DNA of 63,283 nt, counting the filler, from Octopus bimaculoides (taxonomy: Eukaryota): NCBI RefSeq assembly GCF_001194135.2. It is 6 parts of 6 records of this genome, joined end to end, with 100 filler letters (N's around TTAATTAATTAA, not from the genome) between each part and the next. Parts side by side here need not be neighbours in the genome. Positions count along the whole stretch, not along the records: positions 1 to 22,688 come from NC_068983.1; 5 more parts are not named here. The stretch is one strand, 5' to 3'. The notes beneath the pieces are model-generated. The model did no database searches, was not told where the DNA came from, and saw only the letters and a list, made by a program, of their open reading frames with translations. The position numbers and the translations under genes were made by a program. Positions within the stretch are counted from its first letter, which is position 1; each line of letters starts with the position of its first letter. Positions 1-11,034 of this stretch are shown here, piece by piece.

Positions 1-37
1 TACATATATATCTATATATATATATATATATATATAT

Positions 38-68
<31 letters not shown>

Positions 69-335
69 TATGATTATATTGCATGTGCGTGTTTTAGACG
101 TGTATTTGAATATAATTGTGCGCGTATGGGTATGTGCACGTATGTGCGTGTGTGTGCGCGGGTGTGCGGATATGTATATGTGTAAATGTACGTTGCATAT
201 ATATGTGCATATATAGGCGTATATGTGGGTGTGCATGTACGTGTTTCACGCGAGTGTGATTGAGCATATGCATATAGGCATATGAACATGGGTGTGCGTG
301 CGCGCACGAATATGTATGTACATGCGCACATACGC
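1..335. repeat. (TA)n/(GATA)n microsatellite followed by alternating purine-pyrimidine low-complexity DNA
   Basis: Directly visible; produces the spurious HT/YI-rich ORFs at 12-331. Confidence 0.95.
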
Positions 336-806
336 GATTTCTATGAGCATTTTTACATCGTTACTTTTTAACATTCTACCCTTCAGTTTTTCCCCCCTTA
401 TTTAACGGCTATTCTAATAGCTCGTTTGTCTTAATAACGGTCAATTACTTAATAATTTCCCGCTGTTTAACGATAATTTTCATAGCATATTTTGATTGCC
501 TCGATGATTGACGAGATGCCGGAGTAGTTTTCCGCCCCGACATCCGAAACTCGGAGTGTTATTATGGCAGCCAAATAATTGTCACATATTATATTACAGA
601 TCAATTCCTCTATTTACATAATATCGAGGTCTCATTCATTCTTTTCTTGTCTTTCCATTAATATATATATATATANNNNNNNNNNNNNNNNNNNNNNNNN
701 NNNNNNNNNNNNNNNNNNNNNNNNNGAACATGTAGAAGTTATATCAATTGAGATAACAAAGCCAACGCTTTGTGGAATTTTCAGGACATTTATAAAGAGA
801 AAGTTA

Positions 807-857
807 GACTTACAGCTGTTTCTAGCATATTATTAGGGATATCCCTTCATCAGTGAC
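807..857 (-). ncRNA. Minimal type I hammerhead-like motif (family H1), degenerate stems I and II
   Basis: Minus strand reads GTCA-CTGATGA-AGGGATATCCCTAATAATATGCTA-GAAA-C-AGCT-G-TA-AGTC. Core intact; stem I has mismatches. Confidence 0.55.
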
Positions 858-1672
858 GATGTAAGGTAGATAGATACAGGGAAAAAGTAAAGTTCAATAT
901 AAGGAGTTATTTTCGAAAAGGATGGAAATAAGACGTATAGAGGGAAATAAGAGAATAAAACTAAGTCTAAAAATATATGTAGGAAGTTATAACTGAATTT
1001 GCATTATTCAAGGAAAGTGGTGTGTAGAAGTGGTAGAAATGCTTCTTGTCCATGGTATGTAAATTCTGATAGGTGTTTATATTATAGTCATTACAAAAGG
1101 AAATGTGGAGACGTAGATTCCATGTGGTGTTCATTCAAAGGGGTTTTGTGGTATGAATGAAATTTTGAGAATGTAGTGGTAGTATCAAGTAGAGACGAGG
1201 GAAATGATGTGTACGTTAAAATGAGGAGAATGGCCAAGAGAAAATAGGTGAGGAAAGAAAAAAGAAAGAAAGAAAGAGGAAGAGAAAATGAAAATGGAGT
1301 GTTAGTTGGTGGTCAAGTTATTATGAGAGGGCTGGGAGAGGAGTAGCAGAGGGATAGAAAGAGGTAAAAATGTAAGGAATGAATATGTGTGAGGAGTGGG
1401 AGGTAGTGTGCTATGTTTCAATGGCACTAAGGTGGAGGGATGGGTAGAGAAAATAATACAGTGGGGTTTACTAAAGTGAGAAGTAAACCTCAATAAGGAA
1501 GTGAATAATAATAAGATATAATGGTCAAGTTTCTAAATATAGACTGTGTTTAATGTAGTGGCTAATGTGATAGTGGGAGATATTTTTCTTTTATACTTCT
1601 TCTTTCCATCCTTTTCCCAACTAACTCCTTATATTGAACTCAGCTATTTCCCTCTAAATGCCATCTAACATC

Positions 1673-1720
1673 ATCTCTGATGAAGGGATATCCATAATAT
1701 CACAGAAAGAGCTGTAAGAC
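1673..1720 (+). ncRNA. Minimal type I hammerhead-like motif (family H1), degenerate
   Basis: ATCT-CTGATGA-AGGGATATCCATAATATCACA-GAAA-G-AGCT-G-TA-AGAC. Core intact; the stem III C is mutated to G. Confidence 0.55.
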
Positions 1721-2611
1721 TAACTTTCTCTTTATAAATGTCCTGAAAATTCCATACATATATATGAGTATATATAATCATGTATGTGCGTAATACACAC
1801 ACACATATGTATGTATGTATGTTTGTATGTATGTATGTATCTCTATGACTATCTGTCTGTCACTCTCAATACTACATACATACATACATGCATACATTTA
1901 TCTATACATCGAAATATCTACACCACTATACTTCGGCTAATGATTGGAAATAATATTTCGACTTCTAAATCTAGGCTTCATGCCTATAGAGATATCAACT
2001 CAGTTATTAATTGTCACTTTTCTACAAGTAGTCAGCAAATTAATGACGTTATTGCTATTAATTTTATTTTTAATATTGCTAGTTTTCTTTTCATAATCTT
2101 TAATATTTGTTCATGTGTCTTTCGCAGTCATTTTTTCTTTATGTACACTGACATTTTTAAAAAGCAAATCTAAGTACTTTACTATGATACTGTTTTAAGA
2201 TATTTATAATTAAGTGTTAGTGAGCGAGTAAATAGATTATAGGTGTATTTTTTTTTTTGTATTTTTATTGATTTGTACGTTATTAGATATATTTCTCATA
2301 AAAGGAGACATAGATTAAAGGGAAAATAGAGAAAGAAGTGCAGCAATCTATAAGAAAGATAGGAAAAGAATTTATATAAACAGTCTTAATTGCTGCAGCA
2401 CGCTATTATGATGACACGTGATTTGTAGGCGTTTTGCGTCAGATATCATTGGAAATTTGGTAGAACACAAAAAATCAAAATAATTATTATCACTTGCATT
2501 ATTTAAGAAAAATACATATACGACATAATAATTTATTATTATTAATATTATCATTATTATTATTATTATGATTATTATTATGATTATTATTATTAGTTTC
2601 ATTATTATTAA

Positions 2612-2780
2612 GGCGGTGAGCTGGCAGAATCGTTTGCACGTCGGGCAAAATGCTGAGCTGCATTTCGTCCATCCTTACGTTCGGGGTCGAAAATTTAAGT
2701 ACCATTTACATAGTGGGATCGATGTGATTCACTACTCTACTTACCCCGAAATTTCAGGCATTTTGCTTTTAGTAGAAACG

Positions 2781-2781
<1 letters not shown>
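2612..2781 (+). mobile_element. tRNA-derived SINE family A, internally deleted, with (ATT)n tail
   Basis: Head GGCGGTGAGCTGGCAGAATCG (A-box-like), body ttcggggtcga...aagtacc, 3' end gtagaaacg followed by (ATT)n; many homologous copies in the window. Confidence 0.8.

Positions 2782-2856
<75 letters not shown>
2782..2856. repeat. (ATT)n microsatellite between the SINE tail and the R4/Dong 3' end
   Basis: Directly visible. Confidence 0.95.
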
Positions 2857-5371
2857 GCCTCAACAAATTAAACTGTTAGAAGAGAAAGAAATCCTAACAT
2901 AGGCCTACAACAAGTAGTCTTATGTGCCAAGAACCATGCTATTAGGTTACAGCAGGGTTAACCTTGGATTCGAAGAACCCTCCTTAGTATTGTTGCCGTC
3001 CGTAATAAACTGGATTTTATACTTAAGTCCTCTATCTATCTGTGCAGATCTTTAGGGATAGTTCTCAATGCACCTATAATTAGTGGGATAGATTTTACCT
3101 GCCCTTTCCAAAGTCTCTGTAATTCAGTGTCTAGGTCCTGGTATTTTACTATTTTTTCTATAACTCTCATATTAATTTTTTCATTATTAGAGACTGTAAA
3201 GTCAATTACCTGGCAATTTCTATTTTCTTTATGTATACGATATCAGGCATTCTAATTTCTATCACTCTGTCAGTCTGAATATTAAAGTCCCACAACTTGT
3301 ATTTCTCAGTTTCTAGTATTTTAGTAGGTTCGTATGCATACCACTTATCAGTATGTTCAAATCTGAGCTTTCTACATAGCTCCTAGTGAATTGCTATCCA
3401 TAAATTGTCATGTCTTTTCTTGTATTATTTCTGTGCCAGCATGTTATATTGACTTACCGCATGAGTAACTCTTTGTACTTTTCCTCTGCATAATCCACAG
3501 TGGGAATCTACTTGCATTTTGTCTATCTTGGTTTTTATGGAATTAGTCATTAATGCTTGATCTTGTGCCTCTATTAACAAATTTTCATCTCACTTTAGAG
3601 CTTCCCCTTCTGCAATCATAACAATGTATCACTACTACTATTTGCTGCAACTATCTTTAGGAATCTATCATGCGACACCTTCTCCTGCCCGTCAGATAAT
3701 TTCTGTTCTTTTTTCTGGTTTTTACGTTCGTTTGAGTTTTTAGTTTCCCTATGTCTTTCTGTGAATTTAACAGTTCTTAATGAATTTTCTTCACTATTAC
3801 CTACATAGGAATCTGTATGTAATCTAGCTAACTCCATGTAGTCTTCTACTGATATCAAGCCTCCTCCGCCTTCATTTCTAGATATGTATAATCTTGCTAC
3901 ACCTGCCCTTAGGCGGAGTCCTCCTCATATTGAATTTCTTCCTAATTCTTCTGTCTAGCTTTGCTACTTCAGTTTTTTGCCATCTACAAAAGCTGCTGAG
4001 TATCTAAGTAATGATACTGCCCAAGTATTTACAGCCTTTACTGGATTCGGACCCTTTAGCTTTTATTTCATTAGCTTCTTCACACTTTTGATGTACTCCT
4101 TCTCAATGTTCGTTTTCATTTCTATAATTAATACTCTGTCAAATTCTAATAATCCTGGATATTTATAAATCTCTCCTCCTTTCAATGATTTTAGTGTCTG
4201 GCTGTCTGGTAATAGTTTGCCTTCGCTGCTGATTACCTGTCCCTTCTCATGTCTAATATTGCAAACTTATCTATGCCAAATTCCATGCCTGGAGATTTTG
4301 CTCAAGAGTCTTACAGTCTGTATTAAGGAATTCATCTCTTTTTCATTCCTACTAAAAAGTTCCAGGTCATCCAAAAAAGCTTCAGTTTAAATTTTAAATC
4401 ATACTAAAAAGCTTTAGATCAATTTTTACCCTTGCTAATTCTGAACTGATACCTTGTTTTTGCCTTCCATGATACTAAACTGAGGAGGATCAAACATAAG
4501 ACAAATATTATAGGGGACAACAAGTCCCCCTGGAAAATTACTCTCTTGATATTAACGTTCTATAGGAGAGTCACCTGGGCAGAGATCTACTTTCCATTTC
4601 TTCATGCTGCAGCTAATCGATTCACTTATATTGTCTGCTATACTGAATAAACTCACACATCGATTTATCCTTGAGTGTGGGATCACGTCTTAGGTTTTTC
4701 TATAATCAATCTATGCTATTGTAAAATTTGTCTTTCTAGCTTTTTCATTTAGAAGTGCTTTGTCTGTGTATAATAGATCATGCGTTCCTCTAGTCTCCTT
4801 CCTGCAACTTTCTGTTCTTCTGGCAGTAAATTGTGGTTGTCAAGTTGCTCGTAAATGCTTTCTGAAAGCATTCCTATTAACAGCTTCCACACTAAGCAAC
4901 TACTGACCAAGCAAGTGATTGATCAGTAGTTTGCTAGCTGTTTTACTGTTGTACTTATCTTTCATGGTGTGTATGATCCTTCGATTAAACATCCAATCTG
5001 GTATTATTTCTCCATTAAAGCAATCCCGAAATCATTCACTCAGCCTCCCGTGTAAATTACTAAATTTCTTTAGACAGTACACTTGAACTAAATCTGGTCC
5101 TGGGCCCTTCGAATTCGCATATTTCCTGACAGTTTACTCATTATTCGTAGATCTGCCTGCTTTTCAATCAATACTTCTTCCCTCAGTTTCTTTAACCATA
5201 CTGCATCTGCAATATGATTGACTGGCTTACCCCATATATTACTCCAGAACATTCTAGCTTCTTCTGCATTAATTTTCTCATCTTCAGTGCTTAGTTCCTC
5301 ACTATTTATTTGGTTATAATTGTCTCCTCTGGATTGTCACAAATACCGATCTATTTGTTTCTGATATCTGA
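2857..5371 (-). mobile_element. 5'-truncated, degraded R4/Dong-like non-LTR retrotransposon (RT + RLE)
   Basis: Manual minus-strand translation gives RT motifs IKRVIFQGDLLSPIIF (about 4500-4550) and FLDDLELFSRNEKEMNSLIQTVR (about 4310-4380), plus C-terminal PLIIGALRTIPKDL...ATILRRVL. Many stops and frameshifts. (ATT)n on both flanks. Confidence 0.8.
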
Positions 5372-5380
5372 TATTATTAA

Positions 5381-5440
<60 letters not shown>

Positions 5441-5657
5441 TTCGGAGGGCCAGCTGGCATGATTGTTAACATGCCAGGAAAATTGCTTGGTGGTATTTCG
5501 TCTGCCGCAACGCCTTGAGTTCAAATGGCGGCGAGGACGACTTTGCCTCTCATCCTTTCGGGGTCGACAAATTAAGTACCAGTCATGTACTGATGTCGAT
5601 ATGATCGACTTACTACCCACCTCCTAAATTTATGGCCTTGTCCCTATACTGGAAATG
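5441..5657 (+). mobile_element. SINE family A copy
   Basis: gagttcaaat B-box, tcatcctttcggggtcgac...aagtaccag, ggccttgt...actggaaatg followed by ATT repeats. Confidence 0.8.
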
Positions 5658-5691
5658 ATTATTATTATTACTGTAATTATTATTATTATTT

Positions 5692-6150
5692 TATTGTGTT
5701 TGTACAGCTTCTCACAATGGAGATGTACAGTGTCAGCTGTTCACTACCAGTGAACTAACGTAACACCCCTTATTTTTCGAGTACCATCCGGAGTATTCGA
5801 GCTGTTCCAAACAGTGCTGTTTTCTGCAAGATCTCCACCCTTATTGCAGCCCCTATTTGTTTCATGTACTTGTCAAGATATTTACTTACTGTTCCCAAGG
5901 CTCCGACAATTATTGATACTACTACCCCCCTTTTCAGTGACCACAAATACTTAACTTCCTAAGCTAACCTATCATATCTATCGACTTTTCTTTCACCCTT
6001 ATCGCATACCTTGTCAGCTGGTCATGCTATATCTATGATCCAGCATCGTTTGCTTTTTCTCAATGAACACTATGTCTGGTTTCCCATTCTCAATCTCATG
6101 GTCGCACTGAATCATAAAATCTCATCGGATCTTTGCATTATCACTTTCGA
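5692..6150 (-). mobile_element. R4/Dong-like RLE endonuclease and 3'-end fragment
   Basis: Minus strand: DNAKIRWDFMIQCDHEIENGKPDIVF (PD motif), then frameshifted DIA-PAD and LQKTALFGTARILRMVLEK; flanked by (ATT)n. Confidence 0.75.
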
Positions 6151-6153
6151 TTA

Positions 6154-6193
<40 letters not shown>

Positions 6194-6289
6194 TTTTATT
6201 ATACATAAAATAGAAGTTGAAAAGGCATTTTCAACCTTCAATTTTTTTTCTATCTTTACCGGTGTGGAATAAATTAACTTTGTTTTCTT

Positions 6290-6375
6290 TCTCTCTCTCT
6301 CATTCTTTCTCTCTCTCTGTCTCTTTCTCTCTCTTTCTCTCTCTTGCTCTCTCTTTCTCTCTCTTTCTCTCTCTT

Positions 6376-6420
<45 letters not shown>
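6290..6420. repeat. (CT)n microsatellite
   Basis: Directly visible; source of the ERERER and SLSLSL ORFs. Confidence 0.95.
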
Positions 6421-6422
<2 letters not shown>

Positions 6423-6715
6423 GTTTCTCTGTGTATATACATACACACACACACACACAAATATTTTCGTGTTTTTACGCTAATAAGCCATACTTATTAC
6501 TGGTAGGTCTATCAGCCAAGTCTTTATGTGCATACGTTCTGTCGCTAAATTTCCGCGCAGCCAGAAGACAAATTCTCATTATGACCTTTGTATATTTTCG
6601 AGTTGGCGTCAGCATTTGGTCTTATATTTTATATCACAATTTCTACCAATTAATCTTGCGTATATTAAATATTTCACTCCTACAGATACACACACGCGCT
6701 CTCTCTTTCTCTCAG

Positions 6716-6748
<33 letters not shown>

Positions 6749-9716
6749 TATATGTGTGTGTGCTCTTGTGTGTGTCTGTGTACGTATATAACTTTTCAGA
6801 CAAATACATTTCTGCGACCATATGCCCATACATACAAAGATAAATACATGTTTATACAGGCATATATATACACACACATATCCACATTTTCTCTAGCTTC
6901 AGGCACACGCCTCATTGATTTTGTTTTCTGTATATAATAAATGGTTCTTCGAACCAAATACTTATTCCTCATCAAGCGATTCCACTGCTTATTCCTCATC
7001 CTCCTTCTCATTATGCTTCTTTCTTTGTTATTTATATTAATTTCTTGTTGCACTAACAATAGAAACTGCACTACCAGAAGGAGCAAGAGAGATATTCGAT
7101 ATTTATGTTTGCACTTTATTAGGCATAAGCGCCCTAGAAACGCAATGAAATCATCTGCCATAAGCAGAAACCTGAATCATGTACTTAATTTGCCATGATA
7201 CCAACGTCTCGTTCACATAGTCAATAATAATTTTCCTTTGTTTTATATAAGATTTACTATGGTTAGAATCAATGCGCATAGCATCGTAATGTTTATCGGA
7301 AACTTGGATTGGAGAAGCGATTATTCGCTTTCATCATGACGGAACAGAATAGGATGAAAGCTAATTTTTGATGTTCCTGATCGATTTTATGTTCACTGAT
7401 TAGTAGGTACTGAATTTAAATCGTGTCCTTCCGCAGTTAAAATATCTCGCGTAATTCACTGAAAAGTTCACGAACATTAGCAACATTCTGAACAAGAGCT
7501 TGCAAGATTCTATCAAACTTTTATTATATATATTTTTTCCTTCTGTAAACCAGGAAAATTATAAGCCTCCATAGTTTTAGTGAATATATTGTAGATAACC
7601 ACGACTTTCGTTTATAAGCATTGTCATTATTATTAATTTCATCAGAGACAGTTACATGACACGTTCGAATTATTTGTCCCTAGTAAATGTTATGAACCTG
7701 TTGTAAGAGATGTAAGAAGAGTAGCTTGAGCAATGCTTTTGCCCCCCCCCCCCCAAAACAAAAAAGAAATGAGATCACATGTCACCAAACTAACGACGAT
7801 GTTTGAAGATGGTTACAAGCAGCTGCTTGAATGAATTTATTTTCATGAGACTAGTTCTCATCTGTATTAATGATTGTTAATACTTGCTCCATGCTTTATC
7901 TTCCTTTAGAAGAGAAGAGCGCACAATAATTTTCTGTTGTTACGTAGTGGACATAAGCAAAAGAATAACAAGCAAGCATATTTCTCTTTGGCTAACTTTT
8001 TCAAGATCCATTTTTTATTTTGAAATGTAAGGATTGAGATGAATATGCTGCATTCCAGTAAATTTCTGAAACCATAGAAGATGCAAGCATTCCCCGAGTG
8101 AATGGACCGCCCATTTACTAGCATCTGTTGCCAGATTATACATCTGTAAAGTGATACTTACTACCGGCAGTCAGAGAAATCAGAAAAATATGAGATTCTT
8201 CGATCGATCTTAGTTGCCAGTCGTTTCATTAAAACTTGCCATATATTGAAATTATTTGCTTCCTTTTCATTTCATTTCAGTCTAATCTCTTACAATATTC
8301 TGCAACTTGTCTTTGCTATTCCTCCCGGTCTTTTATCCTTGCAGTAATAACTATAACGTTTATGTGAGTTATACAAGAAATGGTGCATCGAAAAATTCCC
8401 TTGTAGCTATGGGAAGAAACTAGTTATGGAACCATGCGTATAAAACTAATGATTAGGACATTTTTATTATTCGCATTTGTTTATATTTATTATTCGAGAT
8501 TGAAATACAGTTTAGCTTGAATCTTTTATCTCTGGATATTGAAATTTGATCAACAACCCTTTCGAGCATCGCTGCAATCCATAACCAACTACACTAAACC
8601 GCAATTCAAATACGTATCGCTGATATGAAAGGCAGACATGCATATAATTCAAAGGTTACATGTTTTCCAGCTGATTAAATAATCCCAGTAATTATGAAGA
8701 TGTTTGATTAGCTTTAGTTAATTTCGTATACAGACTTGCTGATGCTGAGTGAGAAAGTGACAAACTACCATGTGAAATGAAAAAAAAAAAAAAGAAAAAT
8801 AGTGATCGATATAATTATACATAGTGATTGCTATCGTTCTATGAATCCTGTTATAAAACGATCACTGGAAATGGATTAATGATATCATTCTGAAAAGATT
8901 CAATTCTAACGCTTGGTGAGAAAACAGCGTCTTGATTTTACCGAGAAGACCAAGTTACATCAATCAATGTACAAGGCAGTTTTCTAGTAATAAGGTGGCT
9001 TACTGCTAGAAAAATACAAATGACATATTAATGCGATTAAATGAAGATTGGTGCTCAAATGTAGTTTCTCGTCCTCCAAATGCAAGTATTCGATAAATTA
9101 GGCAGCCATTTATCTTATTTGAGAGACCAGCGGATTTATTTCCAAATGGGAAAAGTAAATTAGTTTAATATAAAAAGGTACTATGATCTAGTTCTACCAA
9201 CGAGCAATCAGCTTTTAATTTGCTTTTCTTTCAGGATTCTACTTTAGCGAACAAGCATGCCAGATGATTGATATTAATGCCTCAAAGGTAACATTAAAAA
9301 TGTGCAACTTGCAAGCCATTAGCATTATATGTTGAAGTGTAATTAAAAATCTCATATCTTAATGCGTATTTTGTTTTCTCACTTATAAAGTAATCAGTTT
9401 ATATTATGTCTTACCCGTATTTCTTGCCAAGAATATATTTAACAAGACTTGCATATCTATCTATCTATCTATCTATCTATACATACATACATACATACAT
9501 ACATATACTTATATATATATATATAAACATATATATANNNNNNNNNNNNNNNNNNNNNNNNNNNNNNNNNNNNNNNNNNNNNNNNNNNNNNNNNNNNNNN
9601 NNNNNNNNNNNNNNNNNNNNNNNNNNNNNNNNNNNNNNNNNNNNNNNNNNNNNNNNNNNNNNNNNNNNNNNNNNNNNATATATACACACACATACATATA
9701 TATATATACATATACA

Positions 9717-9758
<42 letters not shown>

Positions 9759-9791
9759 GAAATACATTCATATATATACATACACACACAG

Positions 9792-10065
9792 GTATATTTC
9801 CCGGTGGGTTCTATGGCGTATGTGTTTCCCCCAGCTGGACTGGACGCCAATCCATCGTAGCGTTACTAAAAAAACAGGAAGAAAGAGTGATAGAAAGTTG
9901 GAGTGAAAGAGTACAACAGAGGTCGCCAGTACCCCCTGCCAGAGTCTCGTGGAGCTTCAGGTGTTTTCGCTCAATAAACACACACAACGCCCAGTCTGGT
10001 AATCGAAAGCCCGATCCTGCGACCGCGAGTCCGCTGTCCTAACCACTGGGCCATTGCGCGTCCTC
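9792..10065 (-). mobile_element. tRNA-derived SINE family D variant with a different, V-domain-like 3' half
   Basis: Head GCGCAATGGCCCAGTGGTTAGG...TTTCGATTACCAGACTGGGCGTTG matches 57158. After ctttcttcctg it diverges into GATGGATTGGCGTCCAGTCCAG. Confidence 0.75.
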
Positions 10066-10744
10066 AGTTATACAATTATGCAATCAGTAATGCAATGTTC
10101 CGTAAATCAATAGTGAAATATTGTTTTCACTGAAAACTTTCCGTGTAAGTTCTTTGATAGAGCAAATGTACTGGATCTAATTTCCCTCAAAATTATACAA
10201 ATACCTGTGCTCAGCATAAAATAGGTATGAAACATTATGTATATTTTATATCTGTCTGCTGTTACATATTAAAAGGTATATGTTGTTTGGCAAAGCGCAA
10301 CTTAAGTATTCGGGACGTTACGTAATCTAACGTGTTAGCTAATTGCATTAGTTTCAGAAACTTATCAAGGAAGGATTATGTATTCTAATTTTCTATAACA
10401 GCATCAGTTTATTGAAAAGATGTAGCTAGATTATCTTTTATGCTCGGTACCAAAACAAACTTGCATATCACAACAGATGATATTTAATTAATGTGATCCT
10501 ATTTCGGTTCTATTGACAATCGCTTTTATATATCTGCAGGGGAACTACTTTGATACATTTAGCCTAATTAGGAAAAAGAAAAAATGTAGTTGAGATTATA
10601 TATATGCAAGTAGCTAAAAATGTATTTTTCTTTTTTAACTGAAACAGTATGCAAGTTATCGGCTCTTCAAATTTCTTTACCATATTTGTTTAACAAACAT
10701 TGTTAGAGAAATAAAAACATAAAAAACAATCCCTATTTTAGTGT

Positions 10745-11034
10745 TGTTATTGTCACTCCGTCGCTTACGACGTCAAGGGTTCCAGTTAATCCGATCAACG
10801 GAACAGCCTGCTCATGAAATTAACGTGCAAGTGGCTGAGCACTCCACAGACACGTGTACCATTAACGTAGTTCTCGGGGATAGCGTGACACAGTGTGACA
10901 AGGCTGACCCTTTTAATTACAGGCACAACAGAAACAGGAAGCAAGAGTGAGAGAAAGTTGTGGTGAAAGAGTACAGCAGGGTTCATCACCATCCCCTGCC
11001 AGTGCCTCCTAGAGCTTTAGGTGTTTTCGCTCAA
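10745..11034 (-). mobile_element. SINE family D, 3' portion (head lost in gap)
   Basis: Matches the body at 57245-57449 (ttgagcgaaaacacctaaa, gggtacacgtgtctgtggag) and continues to the 3' end gaacccttgacgtcgtaagcgacggagtgacaa. Confidence 0.85.

Larger units (their letters stand above)
773..1754. mobile_element. Penelope-like element derivative with inverted pseudo-LTR arms (about 773-945 and 1588-1754)
   Basis: tggaattttcaggacatttataaagagaaagttagacttacagctg... at 773 is the reverse complement of ...gctgtaagactaactttctctttataaatgtcctgaaaattcca ending at 1754. Each arm holds a hammerhead-like motif. Arms are homologous to those at 59451-59937. Confidence 0.65.

Noticed and set aside
500-565. 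Hammerhead-like TTGACGA-hairpin-GAAACTCGGAGTG
   Set aside because: The cleavage triplet would be GUG, there is an extra base before GAAA, and no stem I; at most a dead Penelope relic.
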